Shown here: in pieces, positions 42,098-51,636 of the stretch
How positions within the stretch are numbered: the first letter of the stretch is position 1
Layout: each line of letters opens with the position of its first letter
DNA from: an uncultured delta proteobacterium
GTDB lineage: Bacteria; Myxococcota; Myxococcia; Myxococcales; Myxococcaceae
Reading direction: 5' to 3'
Assembly (NCBI GenBank): GCA_963796055.1
Contig: CAWCKH010000004.1
Coordinates: 512,001 to 576,000, forward strand
Length of the DNA stretch: 64,000 nucleotides
The notes under the pieces: generated by a model
Databases searched by the model: none
The model's input: the letters and a program-made list of their open reading frames with translations, nothing else
Told to the model about the DNA's origin: nothing
Position numbers and translations under genes: made by a program

Positions 42098-43856
42098 GGA
42101 TGCTCTCCTCGATCCGTGAGGGCCGCCGGATCATCGCGTGCAGGTCGGCGTTGGCCGGAACCATTGGGTAGACCGCCTCCTCGCCCTCGACGCAGAACTC
42201 GATCACCACCGTGCCCGGGGCGCTCCGTGCCGTCTCCACCGCCGCGGGGATCTGCTCGCGGCTGGTGACCCGGAGCGCGGTCAGCCCGTGCGCCTCGGCC
42301 AGCTTCACGAAGTCCGGGCTCTTCAGCGGCGTGGCTACGTACCGGCCGCCGTAAAAGAACTCCTGCCACTGCCGGACCATCCCCAGGTAGCCGTTGTTGA
42401 TCAGCGCGACGTTGACCTTGATCCCCTCCTGGGCGCAGGTGATCAGCTCGCAGGCGGTCATCTGGAAGCCACCGTCGCCCACCACCACCCAGATGTCGTC
42501 CTGGGGCCGGGCGAAGCGGGCGCCGATCGCCGCCGGGAGCGCGAAGCCCATCGTGCCCAGCCCGCCGGAGGTGAGGAGCGAGCGCGGACGCTCGTGGCGG
42601 TAGTACTGCGCTTCCCACATCTGGTGCTGGCCGACGTCGGTCACCACCAGCGCCTCGCCCCGGGTGAGCCTCCACAGATCGTGCAAGACGTGCGGCGCGC
42701 GCAGCTTCCCGCCGTGGGGGATGCCCTGCACGTCGCGAGCGGCCGAGTCCTCGCGAAGGGTGCGAATCTTCTCTCGCCACTCGCCGTGCTCGCGCTCCCG
42801 GACCGCGGGGAGCAGCCAATCGAGCGACCTTCGCAGATCACCCACCAGCGCCACGTCGGCCTTGACGTTCTTGTTGACCTCGGCGGGGTCGATCTCGAGA
42901 TGGATCTTCCTCGCCGCCGGCGCGTAGTTCTTGAGGTTGCCGGTGACGCGGTCGTCGAAGCGCATGCCGACCGCGATGAGCAGATCGGCCTCCTGCACCG
43001 CGTGGTTCACCCACGCCTCGCCGTGCATGCCCATCATCCCCAGGCTGAGCTCGTGCGAGGCAGGGAACGCGCCGAGGCCCAGGAGGGTGCTGGCCACCGG
43101 AACGCCGGTCTTCTCCACGAAGCGCAGGAGCTGCTCGCTGGCCCCCGCCTTGACCACCCCGTGCCCGCAGAACACCAGCGGACGCTTCGCCTGATCGATG
43201 AGGGCCGCCGCCCGTTCGATCTGCTCCTGGCTCAGCCGGCGCGCCGGGCGGACGCCGGGGAGGCGCACCGGCTCCTCGCTCCAGCGGAACGGCACCGTCG
43301 CCTGCTGCGCGTCCTTGGTGATGTCGACCAGCACCGGCCCGGGCCGGCCCGAGCGCGCGACCTCGAACGCCTCCCGCAGGGTGTGCGCCAGCTCCTCGGC
43401 CCGGGTGACCAGGTAGTTGTGCTTGGTGATCGGCAGGGTGATGCCGGTGATGTCAATCTCCTGGAAGGCGTCGCTTCCCAGCAAGGTGGAGGACACCTGT
43501 CCGGTGATGCAGACGATGGGAGACGAGTCGAGCATCGCGGTGGCGATGCCGGTAACGAGGTTGGTCGCCCCGGGTCCGGAGGTGGCGACGCAGACGCCCA
43601 CCTTGCCCGAGGCGCGCGCGTACCCGTCGGCCATGTGCGAAGCCCCCTGCTCGTGACGGACCAGCACGTGGTGGATGCGGCTCGCCGGCAGCGCGTCGTA
43701 CGCCGGCATGATCGCCCCCCCGGGGTAGCCGAAGACGACCTCCACGCCCTCGCGGGCCAGGACCTCCCAGAGGATCTGCGCCCCGGTCATCCGCGCCGGG
43801 GTCGTGTCGGCGAGCGCGGGGCGTCTTCCGTTCTTCGTCTCGACAATCTGCTCCAT
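42087..43856 (-). CDS. ilvB: Acetolactate synthase large subunit (biosynthetic)
   Basis: FGYPGGA, RHEQGA, TSGPGATN, GMRFDDRVTG, DVGQHQMW, GDGGFQM and NNGYLGMVRQWQ. Confidence 0.96.
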   Translation of the reverse strand: MEQIVETKNGRRPALADTTPARMTGAQILWEVLAREGVEVVFGYPGGAIMPAYDALPASRIHHVLVRHEQGASHMADGYARASGKVGVCVATSGPGATNLVTGIATAMLDSSPIVCITGQVSSTLLGSDAFQEIDITGITLPITKHNYLVTRAEELAHTLREAFEVARSGRPGPVLVDITKDAQQATVPFRWSEEPVRLPGVRPARRLSQEQIERAAALIDQAKRPLVFCGHGVVKAGASEQLLRFVEKTGVPVASTLLGLGAFPASHELSLGMMGMHGEAWVNHAVQEADLLIAVGMRFDDRVTGNLKNYAPAARKIHLEIDPAEVNKNVKADVALVGDLRRSLDWLLPAVREREHGEWREKIRTLREDSAARDVQGIPHGGKLRAPHVLHDLWRLTRGEALVVTDVGQHQMWEAQYYRHERPRSLLTSGGLGTMGFALPAAIGARFARPQDDIWVVVGDGGFQMTACELITCAQEGIKVNVALINNGYLGMVRQWQEFFYGGRYVATPLKSPDFVKLAEAHGLTALRVTSREQIPAAVETARSAPGTVVIEFCVEGEEAVYPMVPANADLHAMIRRPSRIEESIHES

Positions 43857-43890
43857 CGACTACCTCCGGTGCTGCCGTGCTCCAGAAACG

Positions 43891-43920
43891 AAAAACCCCC
43901 GCACCGGGTGGGTGCGGGGG
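43891..43920 (-). terminator. Intrinsic terminator (attenuator) upstream of ilvB
   Basis: Minus-strand CCCCCGCACC-CACCC-GGTGCGGGGG-TTTTT: a perfect 10-bp stem followed by a U tract. Confidence 0.9.
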
Positions 43921-43946
43921 CCGTGTCCTTCCGAGACTTCTTTCGG

Positions 43947-44108
43947 TCAGGTCGGCGGCCCGCACCCCAGGGAAATCAGGGGCAGCAGGACCAGGCCCAG
44001 CAGCAGACCGACGACGACCAGTGAGAGGGCGGAAGACCGGGCAGCAGACGGCAGCCGTGGCGCGAGGGCGATCGCGCTCATTCCGGCTGCAGTGGGCTGC
44101 GGGGGCAT
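43947..44108 (-). CDS. ilv/leu operon leader peptide
   Basis: MPPQPTAAGMSAIAL...SLVVVGLLLGLVLLPLISLGCGPPT: a dense Leu/Val/Ile run ending 27 nt before the terminator. Alternative start at 44081. Confidence 0.8.
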   Translation of the reverse strand: MPPQPTAAGMSAIALAPRLPSAARSSALSLVVVGLLLGLVLLPLISLGCGPPT

Positions 44109-44117
44109 GTGACGCGG

Positions 44118-44146
44118 AGCATCCTCTCGCTGATGCATGGTGTCAA
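44118..44146 (-). promoter_or_regulatory. Sigma70-type promoter of the ilv/leu operon
   Basis: TTGACA (44146-44141), a 17-nt spacer and GATGCT (44123-44118), ending 9 nt before the leader ATG. Confidence 0.65.
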
Positions 44147-44316
44147 TGGTTTCTTGAAGACGCCGAGATGATTGAAGAAACATCATAAAACCGTCTCAGT
44201 CATCAACCGAACGGCCGGTCGGGACAGGATAGGCCCGTTTGCCCATCAGCCCCTTCCACAGCACGAACGGCGGACGGCGCGGGCTCGCCCGGACCGCCCC
44301 GCCGCCGAGCTCGCAG

Positions 44317-45260
44317 TCAGCCGTCGTCGCGGTCGCCGCCGTGGCCGGCGGCGGGGAGGATCTCCCAGGTGTTGTTGTCCCCGTGCTGCTGGGTCCAGAA
44401 CACCCGCCAGCCGTCGCGGAACGGGTGGGGGTCGCTCGCTCCGAGCAGGCCGCTCCTGCCCGGGTCGCCGTTGGAGACGTGGATGCCGCTGATCTCGTTG
44501 TCACCCTCGTTCTGGAATCCATGGCCGGCGGCGCTGTACGCCGAGTCGATGGTGGCGGAGGCGTCCCGGCCCTCGGCGAGGAGGCGAAGCGGCTGGTTCC
44601 TCGGATCCGAGTAGTCCTCCCGCATGTCGAACATGAAGGCCGAGTCGAGCGCGTTGCGCTGGCCGTGGAGCCCGTCGCCGGCGTCCTCGACGAAGACGAT
44701 GTGGTCGCGATCCCAGAAGGCCACGTTGTCGAAGCCGGAGTGGAAGGCGTCGCAGAGGAAGAACAGCTCGAGGTAGCCCTCGTTCGCCCCGGGGCGCTCC
44801 TGGACCAGCTTGAACACGGCCCCGAAGCCGCCGAAGGTCGAGCCGGCCTCGGTGCGGAGGTCGGTGTCACCGGTGGCGTCGAAGAAGAACTCGCGGAAGC
44901 CCGTCCCCGGCCGGAACTGGCCGTTCTCGGGACGCTTGAAGGGGGTGCCGTCCTGGGTCTTGGCCGCGGCGTTGGCGCTGAACGGCGCGCTCCCGTCGAC
45001 GTCGGTGTCGTGGATGGTCACCCACCTCGTCCGGAAGACGTTGCCGTAGGTGTGGAGGTCCCTCACGTCGTCCGAGAGGATGTCGGCATCCACCTGGCCG
45101 GCATGGAACACGATGGGAGCGCCGGTCCGCAGCGAAATGACCTGAAGCACCTGCAGCTTCCCGCGGGTGAGGTCGTGCGGGTGCCGGGGGACGAACCGGT
45201 ACACGAAGCTGTTGGGCTGCCGGGCGTTCTTGTTCACCGCGCCCTTCGCGCCACCCACGT
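44317..45260 (-). pseudogene. C-terminal part of a PhoX/DUF839-like phosphatase; N-terminus missing
   Basis: SFVYRFVP...GKLQVL, TPFKRPENGQF, FDNVAF, FVEDAG, DNEISG and TQQHG. Upstream sequence is not protein-like and has no signal peptide. Confidence 0.65.
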
Positions 45261-45633
45261 GCCGTCGCGAACAGGCCAGCGCAGGACACGACCAGACGAT
45301 GGTGAACTCGCATTCGGTGCACGTTCCTTGTTCCGCGCGAGGGATAAGGCTGCGGCGCGGTGGCCAGAGGACACGTGCGGCACCAGCGGTTGCACGAGGA
45401 ACCGGTGAGCACGAGGTGACGTGCACAGGTCCATCGACGTTGGGCTCATCCCATTCGATGTCGACACGTTCGCGAAGCCCCGCTCGACGGGCCCGCCGCC
45501 CGGCGCGACCACGTCACTCGGGTGATTCTCTCCAGCGCTCAGACGGACCCAGTACTGACCTCGGCCAGCGCCATGCAGTGCGCCGGGCCGTTGACCGCGG
45601 CGACGGATGCTCGCCGCGGTCTGCCCCCGGGCA

Positions 45634-46953
45634 TCAACGGCGTCGGCGGCGGACGAGGAGACCGAGCCCGACGAGCGCCAGGCCCGCGACGGGAGCACCG
45701 AAGGGCAGCGCGGTGCAACCGCCGCTGGCCGAGGCTGCCGGCTGGACCTTCACCGTGAGCGCGGCGGTGGACTGCTGCACGCCGGGGTAGCGCGCATCCG
45801 GGGTCACCATCTTCGCCGTGAGCTGGATTGCGTAGTCACCCTCTGCGTCGGGCCTGAAGATGGGCTTGCCGACGTTGTCCGGGTACGCGTAGGCCCAGTG
45901 ACGGCTGACGCTGGCCACCCCGATGGGGTTCTGGACCGCGGCCGACGAGCCGGAGGGCCGCGCGCTGACGGTCCAGCTGTAGCTGATGCCCACGTTGTTG
46001 CGGTTGGCGAACAGCGGCAGCCGCAGGGCCTCACCCCGCTTGAGGGTGATGCTGCCACCGGCGCTCACCGCGAAGGCGGCGTTGGGGTCGAGGCAGGCGT
46101 TGGGGTTGGACGGGTCGACGACCACGCAGTACCTCGGGTCGCAGACGTCGCCCACGCCGTCGCCGTCGTCGTCGCGCTGGTCGGCGTTGGCGTCCTTGAT
46201 GCAGTTGTCCTGGGCATTCAGCACGCCGTCGTTGTCGATGTCCTTGTCGCAGGCGTCACCGATGCCGTCGTTGTCGGTGTCCTTCTGGTCGACGTTGGCC
46301 ACGGTGGGGCAGTTGTCGCGGGCATCGTCGACGCCGTCATTGTCGGAGTCCACCACGCACTGCACGCCGGGGATGGTGAGGGGGTTGCTGGCATCGGCCG
46401 AGCGGGGGCAGTGGTCCGCCGCGTCGGCGACGCCGTCGTTGTCGTCGTCCTCGTCACAGGCGTCGCCCTTGCCGTCCTGGTCGGTGTCGAGCTGGTCGGC
46501 GTTGGGAATGGTGGGGCAGTTGTCCTGGGCGTTGAGGATGCCGTCGCCGTCGCTGTCGTCATCGCAGGCGTCGCCCTGGCCATCGCCGTCGGTGTCGCGC
46601 TGGTCGGGGTTGGCAACGCTGGGGCAGTTGTCGCAGGCGTTGCCCACGCCGTCACCGTCGCCATCGGCCTGGTCGCGGTTGGCGACGAAGGGGCAGTTGT
46701 CGAAGCCGTCGGACTTGCCGTCACCGTCGGCGTCGTCGGTGTAGGACAGCGTCTTGCCGTCGTCGGTGTAGCTCACCCACACCGAGCAACCGCAGCCGCA
46801 GCCACACCCGCAGCCACAGCCACCGCCCTCTTCCTTGGGCGCGCCGCACTGGGTGCCGAGACATTCCGGGTTGTCAGCGTTCTGCGCTGAGGCCGGCCGG
46901 GCCCAGGCGAGGACGAACCCCAGGAGAAGCAATCCACCAATCCGCGTGCGCAT
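45634..46953 (-). CDS. mtsC: Thrombospondin type-3 repeat, MYXO-CTERM surface protein (MtsC-like)
   Basis: Signal peptide; [34 protein letters not shown]; many DNCP..AN.DQ.D.DGDG.GDACD repeats; C-terminal GGC-TM-RRRRR. Confidence 0.8.
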   Translation of the reverse strand: MRTRIGGLLLLGFVLAWARPASAQNADNPECLGTQCGAPKEEGGGCGCGCGCGCGCSVWVSYTDDGKTLSYTDDADGDGKSDGFDNCPFVANRDQADGDGDGVGNACDNCPSVANPDQRDTDGDGQGDACDDDSDGDGILNAQDNCPTIPNADQLDTDQDGKGDACDEDDDNDGVADAADHCPRSADASNPLTIPGVQCVVDSDNDGVDDARDNCPTVANVDQKDTDNDGIGDACDKDIDNDGVLNAQDNCIKDANADQRDDDGDGVGDVCDPRYCVVVDPSNPNACLDPNAAFAVSAGGSITLKRGEALRLPLFANRNNVGISYSWTVSARPSGSSAAVQNPIGVASVSRHWAYAYPDNVGKPIFRPDAEGDYAIQLTAKMVTPDARYPGVQQSTAALTVKVQPAASASGGCTALPFGAPVAGLALVGLGLLVRRRRR

Positions 46954-46996
46954 CCAGGCCTCCGTTCCCACTCCTCCCGCGCACGATCCGCCTCAC

Positions 46997-47012
46997 AGCA
47001 AGAGGCATTCCT
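46997..47012 (-). promoter_or_regulatory. Possible sigma54 (-24/-12) promoter of the mtsC-like gene
   Basis: Minus-strand AGGAATGCCTCTTGCT is GG-N10-GC with a TTGCT -12 box, about 45 nt upstream of the ATG. Confidence 0.45.
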
Positions 47013-47231
47013 GACACCTGTTTCGGTGAAGTGATCGAGACGGTTCCGCGGGTTCTCGGATCGGGCACTCCTGCGGCGCCTCGGGAGATGAGGTCCGCGC
47101 TCCTCACTTTCGCGAGGGGTGCGCTCCACGCCCGGGCGAAGGCAGGGCGCGGGCGCAGCGCGCGGAGCTCGGACGGCCGCCCACAACGTGGCGACAGTAT
47201 TCCGTCCTGCCCGTTTGGGTGCGCCGCGGCC

Positions 47232-48800
47232 TCAGTGTTCTCCCGATGCGTCGTCCACCGGGGACGTCACCCAGGGCGCCACCGCGAAGCACACCGCCAT
47301 CACCGCGTAGCCCACGGCCCAGGGCCACGCCGGGGTGAGCGACAGCACCGTGTCCGCCGCCGTCCACCGGTAGGAGTGGATGAGGCCCACCGCCGAGAGC
47401 ACTGCCCCGGCGACGCACCATCCCGCCGCTTGCCGGAAGCGGCGCTCGATGACACAGACCGTCGCCGCGGCGAGCAGCACGCTGCTGAGGATGAAGCCCT
47501 GCTCGAGGCGCAGCGCCCCGTCCATCCACAGGTCCGAACGGAGAAACGCCGTCAGGAGCTCCTCCGAGAAGGGCCGGCCCCCGGGAACGCCTAGACCGGC
47601 GGCGTGCAGCCCGGACTTGGCCATGTAGACGCCCCAGGCCGCGAGGCTGGGGAGCAGGCCCACCACCACCGCCGGCGCGTGGGTGCGGGGTGTCGCCTGG
47701 AACGCCTGGGCGCCCATGACGATGCCGATCCACAGGACGATGGCCATCCCGGCGTCGATGGGGACCGCCCAGGCGATCCACTGCACGGTGCCGGTGAGGC
47801 AGATCAGGGTCATGAAGACGCCGTTGAGCACCGAGTACCCGGCACGGGCCCCGAGCGCCTTCCACCCCGGATGGCCGATGTAGAGCGTCGTCGGAAAGCA
47901 CGAGCCGAAGGCGCAGGCGGCGAGCGTTCCCACGCCGTTCACCGCCAGCGAGATCCCCGCCGGGTACTCGTCGCCCGCCGCTCGGGCGGACTCGATGTTC
48001 TCGATCGACCCCACCGTGGCGAAGAGCCCCATCGGGAGGATGACCGAGAAGTACGCCGTCCAGAACCCGCCGCCGAACGCGCTGAACAGCGCGCCCAGCA
48101 CCGGCGTCGGAGGGTGGAGCGCCGGACCGGGCGGGGCGGCGCCCGCGGGGACCAGCCCGGTGAGCCAGGCGAAGCACGTTCCCAGGGCGATCGCCACCAG
48201 CCCCCCGGGGAGCCCGCCGCGGAAGCGCACCCGGCCGAAGTAGACCAGGAGGATGATCGCCAGCGTGCCGAGCCCGATGACCGGCCGGGCATAGGCGCGG
48301 AAGAGGAACCCGATGGCGATGAAGGTCAGGGCGATGCCCGCCAGGGTGGAGAGCAGCGCGGCGCGTGGAGTGGAGCTCCGCACACGCTCGGACACGGTGC
48401 TCCCCAGCAGCTCGATGGCTCCGGAGCCGAAGCAGGCCACCAGCCCCGCCTGCCACGCCACCTGCGCCGGATCCGCCGCGCCCGCCGCCTCCGCCGCCAG
48501 CTTCGCCGGCAGCATCACCAGGAACACGTGGGCGAAGAGGGAGACGGTGTTGATGCCGTAGGGCAATGCACAGACGTCGTCCCGGCCGGTGGCACGCGCC
48601 AGGCGCATCGCCTGCCAGGCGTAGAAGAGATTGCCCACCAGGAGCGAGACCGCGGCGCCGGGGAGGATGCGCCCGTAGATCAGCGCGGCGGGGAAGCCCA
48701 GCACCACCCGGCACAGCTCGGAGAGCACCAGCAGCTGCACCAGGTTGTCCAGCGCCAGGCCGAAGAACCCGTCGATGTCTCCGCGGACGAACCAGCGCAT
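47232..48800 (-). CDS. NCS2/AzgA-like nucleobase permease
   Basis: [42 protein letters not shown] and many TM segments. Confidence 0.85.
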   Translation of the reverse strand: MRWFVRGDIDGFFGLALDNLVQLLVLSELCRVVLGFPAALIYGRILPGAAVSLLVGNLFYAWQAMRLARATGRDDVCALPYGINTVSLFAHVFLVMLPAKLAAEAAGAADPAQVAWQAGLVACFGSGAIELLGSTVSERVRSSTPRAALLSTLAGIALTFIAIGFLFRAYARPVIGLGTLAIILLVYFGRVRFRGGLPGGLVAIALGTCFAWLTGLVPAGAAPPGPALHPPTPVLGALFSAFGGGFWTAYFSVILPMGLFATVGSIENIESARAAGDEYPAGISLAVNGVGTLAACAFGSCFPTTLYIGHPGWKALGARAGYSVLNGVFMTLICLTGTVQWIAWAVPIDAGMAIVLWIGIVMGAQAFQATPRTHAPAVVVGLLPSLAAWGVYMAKSGLHAAGLGVPGGRPFSEELLTAFLRSDLWMDGALRLEQGFILSSVLLAAATVCVIERRFRQAAGWCVAGAVLSAVGLIHSYRWTAADTVLSLTPAWPWAVGYAVMAVCFAVAPWVTSPVDDASGEH

Positions 48801-48807
48801 CCGTGAT

Positions 48808-50139
48808 TCACCTCGCCGGGACGGCGGTGTCGGCTGGAGCGCCGGTCAACCGGGGCAGCACCTCGTCCGCGACCGCCGTCACCCGCTCCGCCAGCGCGTG
48901 CGCCTCGGCGAGGAGCTGCTGCTTCCGGGCCGACCGATTGCCGAGGACGAAGAAGAGCCGCGCGTCCCGGAGGGCCTCCGCCCGCCGCGCGAGGAACCGC
49001 CGGGTGAAGAGCGCCAGGGGCAACGCCCCGGCGGCGAGGGCCACCCCCCACCACGGTCCGAATCGGAGCCCGACACCCACCGCGAGCACGGCCACGTAGA
49101 GCGGACCGAGCACCAGGGCGGCCAGCAGCTTCACCGTGGCCACCATGTCCGGCGCGGTGCCCGCGAGCCGCAGCGCCAGCCGGGCGCCGAGCACGGGCAG
49201 GGCGAAGAGCACCACGCCCAGCGCCGCCAGGGGTAGCCCGAGCACCAGGGCGAGGAGGTTACGGAGCGCGAACCGGAGCACCGTCCCGGGACGGTAGCGG
49301 ATACCGAGGTCGGTGGCGTCGGCGCGGGTGAGCGCCAGCCGGCGCTGGAAGGCGAGCACCTCGCCGGCGAGCTCCGCCGCGCGCTCGGGCTGCTCGGCCC
49401 GGAGGAGCGCGAGCCCCCGGGCGAAAAGACGCTGCCGCTCGGCATCGCGCGCCGGGGCGTCGGTGGCGAGGACGTAGAGCGCGTCGGCGGCGGCGATGAG
49501 CGGCAGGTCCTCCCAGGCGGCGAGGTCGAGGGTGAGCAGGCGGAGCGCCACCGCGATGCGCTCGGTCAGCGCGCGCACCCGCTCGGGCTCGACCGGGGCC
49601 GGGACCACCTCCAGCGCCGGTCCGAACTCGACCCGCACCGCGCTGCGGAACCGGTCCTTCTCCGCATAGGTGAGCCCCACCGGGACGATGCGCACCGGAA
49701 CGCCCGCCTGGAGCGCCATCCGCGCCGCACCGGTCTTCAGCGCCCCGAGCGACGGCTCGGAGTGGCTCCTCCCCTCGGGAAAGAGGGCGATGGCCCGTCC
49801 GGCGGCGAGCCCGCGGGCGGCGGCCTCGAGCGCCTCGATGTTCTCGCGCATCCGGGAGGGGTCGTCCTGGACGCGGACCACCGGAAGCGCTCCGAGCGCA
49901 CGCACCAGCGCGCCCAGCACCGGCATCCGGAAGATGGGCTCCTTGGCCAGGAAGGTGAGCGGGCGCGAGGAGACGGCGATCATCAGCCCCGGATCGACCA
50001 GCCCGTTCGGGTGGTTGCCCACCAGCAGCAGCGGACCTTCTGGAAGACGGGGACCGGCGCGCTCGATGCGGTAGAAGCAGCGCAGCGCGAAGGACACCAC
50101 GCTTCGAACGGCGGCGTAGGTGCGTTGACTGGGGGCCAT
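48808..50139 (-). CDS. PlsC-family (glycerol/lysophospholipid) acyltransferase with C-terminal membrane domain
   Basis: NHPNGLVD (HX4D), FLAKE, FPEGRS and IVPVGL. Confidence 0.88.
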   Translation of the reverse strand: MAPSQRTYAAVRSVVSFALRCFYRIERAGPRLPEGPLLLVGNHPNGLVDPGLMIAVSSRPLTFLAKEPIFRMPVLGALVRALGALPVVRVQDDPSRMRENIEALEAAARGLAAGRAIALFPEGRSHSEPSLGALKTGAARMALQAGVPVRIVPVGLTYAEKDRFRSAVRVEFGPALEVVPAPVEPERVRALTERIAVALRLLTLDLAAWEDLPLIAAADALYVLATDAPARDAERQRLFARGLALLRAEQPERAAELAGEVLAFQRRLALTRADATDLGIRYRPGTVLRFALRNLLALVLGLPLAALGVVLFALPVLGARLALRLAGTAPDMVATVKLLAALVLGPLYVAVLAVGVGLRFGPWWGVALAAGALPLALFTRRFLARRAEALRDARLFFVLGNRSARKQQLLAEAHALAERVTAVADEVLPRLTGAPADTAVPAR

Positions 50140-50201
50140 CCGGCGCACTCCACCCTCTCATCCCCCGGACCCCCTGGCCAGTTGCTAGGGTCGGACGCTC
50201 C

Positions 50202-51626
50202 ATGGCACCGGAGCCATCGGGGAACGGCAAGAGGAGGGTGCTCGGGCTGGGCGCGGATCCGGGCGGCCTGTCCCCAGGGCTCAAGACATTACTGTTCTTC
50301 CTGGTCCTGGGGGTGCTGGGAGCGCTCTTCGCCATGACCGACCCCGAGGCCAGCCTCCGGCACCTCAAGGTCGGGTTCCTCTCCGGCGGGGTGAAAGGCA
50401 ACTACTTCGCCATCGTCGACCGGATCGCCGTCGGCGCCTCGCGGCGCAAGGGGCGGATCACCAACCTCACCTCCGCGGGCTCGGTGGAGAACGTCCGGCG
50501 GTTGATCGCCGCACGCTCCGCCGGCTGCAAGGCGCACTTCGCCCTGGTCCAGGAAGGCACCGAGCTGCCGGTAGACCACAACCTCGAGCTCATCGGGCGG
50601 CTCACCCGGCCAGAGTCGCTGGTGATCCTGGGGAAGAACGTCGACCGCGTCGTCTCCCCCAGGGACCTGCAAGGGCTGCGGCTGGGCATCGGCCCGGCGG
50701 GGAGCGGCAGCGAGGCCCTGATGCGACGGCTGCTGGCTCCGCTGAGCGGGCTGCAGCTGCAGATCTCCACCCAGCCCGTCGACGAGCAGATCTACAAGCT
50801 CGAGCGAGGTGAGCTGGACCTCGGGGCGATGGTGACCGAGCAGGACGCCGACCAGCTCAGGGAGGCCGTCCGCAGCCGCGGGCTCCAGATACTCGGCTTG
50901 CCGCGCGCCGAGGCCCTCGCTCACGACCTGCCGTTCCTCCGGGTGGGTCGCGTCGAAGCAGGCCATTACGACCCGGTGGTCGGGCTGCCGCCGACCGACA
51001 AGCCGGTCCTGCTGGTGGACACGCTCATCATCGGGAACGGGTGCGCCAGCCGTTCGGCGACCTCGGGGCTGATCTCCGTGCTCGCCGACATCTACCCTCA
51101 GTTCCTCAAGCACAACCGGGATACGCCGAACCTCAGCGGGCTGCCTTACTCCACGGTCGCCCGGGCGTACTTCGACAGCGGAGGCCCGGACCTGGTCGGC
51201 GTCTACGCCCCGTGGGTGGTGGACATCATGCCCACCGCCAGCTGGGTGGAGCTGGCGCTGGGCATCTCGGTGCTGTTCAACGCCATGGGGGCCGTCAGCC
51301 GCTTCCGGCTCTGGAGGCTGGACTCGAACCGGGTGGCGATCGAGAAGGAGATCTCCCGGCTCTTCGGCGCCGGCATCACGGTGGGCGAGATCCGCCGAGC
51401 CCGGCCGGCGGCCGGGCTCGGAGCCGAGGAGGTCGAGGTCGGGGTGCAGCAGGCGATGCGGCGTCTGGAGGCGCTGTACGGGCGGTGCCGCACGCAGTCG
51501 GTCTCCATCTTCGTCCCGATGGGCGCCGAGATGGCGTACCGCTACCAGGAAAATCTGATGATCGACCTGATCCAGGCGCTGCGAACGTATTGCGAGGGGC
51601 GGGAGTCGGCGCGGCGGATGGCCTGA
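50202..51626 (+). CDS. TAXI-type (TRAP) solute-binding-domain membrane protein
   Basis: N-terminal TM, SGG..GNY, SAGSVEN, ALVQ and GLRLGIGPAGSGS; then a second TM and a C-terminal helical domain. Confidence 0.65.
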   Translation: MAPEPSGNGKRRVLGLGADPGGLSPGLKTLLFFLVLGVLGALFAMTDPEASLRHLKVGFLSGGVKGNYFAIVDRIAVGASRRKGRITNLTSAGSVENVRRLIAARSAGCKAHFALVQEGTELPVDHNLELIGRLTRPESLVILGKNVDRVVSPRDLQGLRLGIGPAGSGSEALMRRLLAPLSGLQLQISTQPVDEQIYKLERGELDLGAMVTEQDADQLREAVRSRGLQILGLPRAEALAHDLPFLRVGRVEAGHYDPVVGLPPTDKPVLLVDTLIIGNGCASRSATSGLISVLADIYPQFLKHNRDTPNLSGLPYSTVARAYFDSGGPDLVGVYAPWVVDIMPTASWVELALGISVLFNAMGAVSRFRLWRLDSNRVAIEKEISRLFGAGITVGEIRRARPAAGLGAEEVEVGVQQAMRRLEALYGRCRTQSVSIFVPMGAEMAYRYQENLMIDLIQALRTYCEGRESARRMA

Positions 51627-51636
51627 CCGCCGGAAC

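Noticed and set aside
46130..46760. Repetitive GTCGCCGTC-rich DNA resembling a repeat array or CRISPR
   Set aside because: Degenerate coding repeats of TSP3 (DxDGDG) motifs; no identical repeats with unique spacers.
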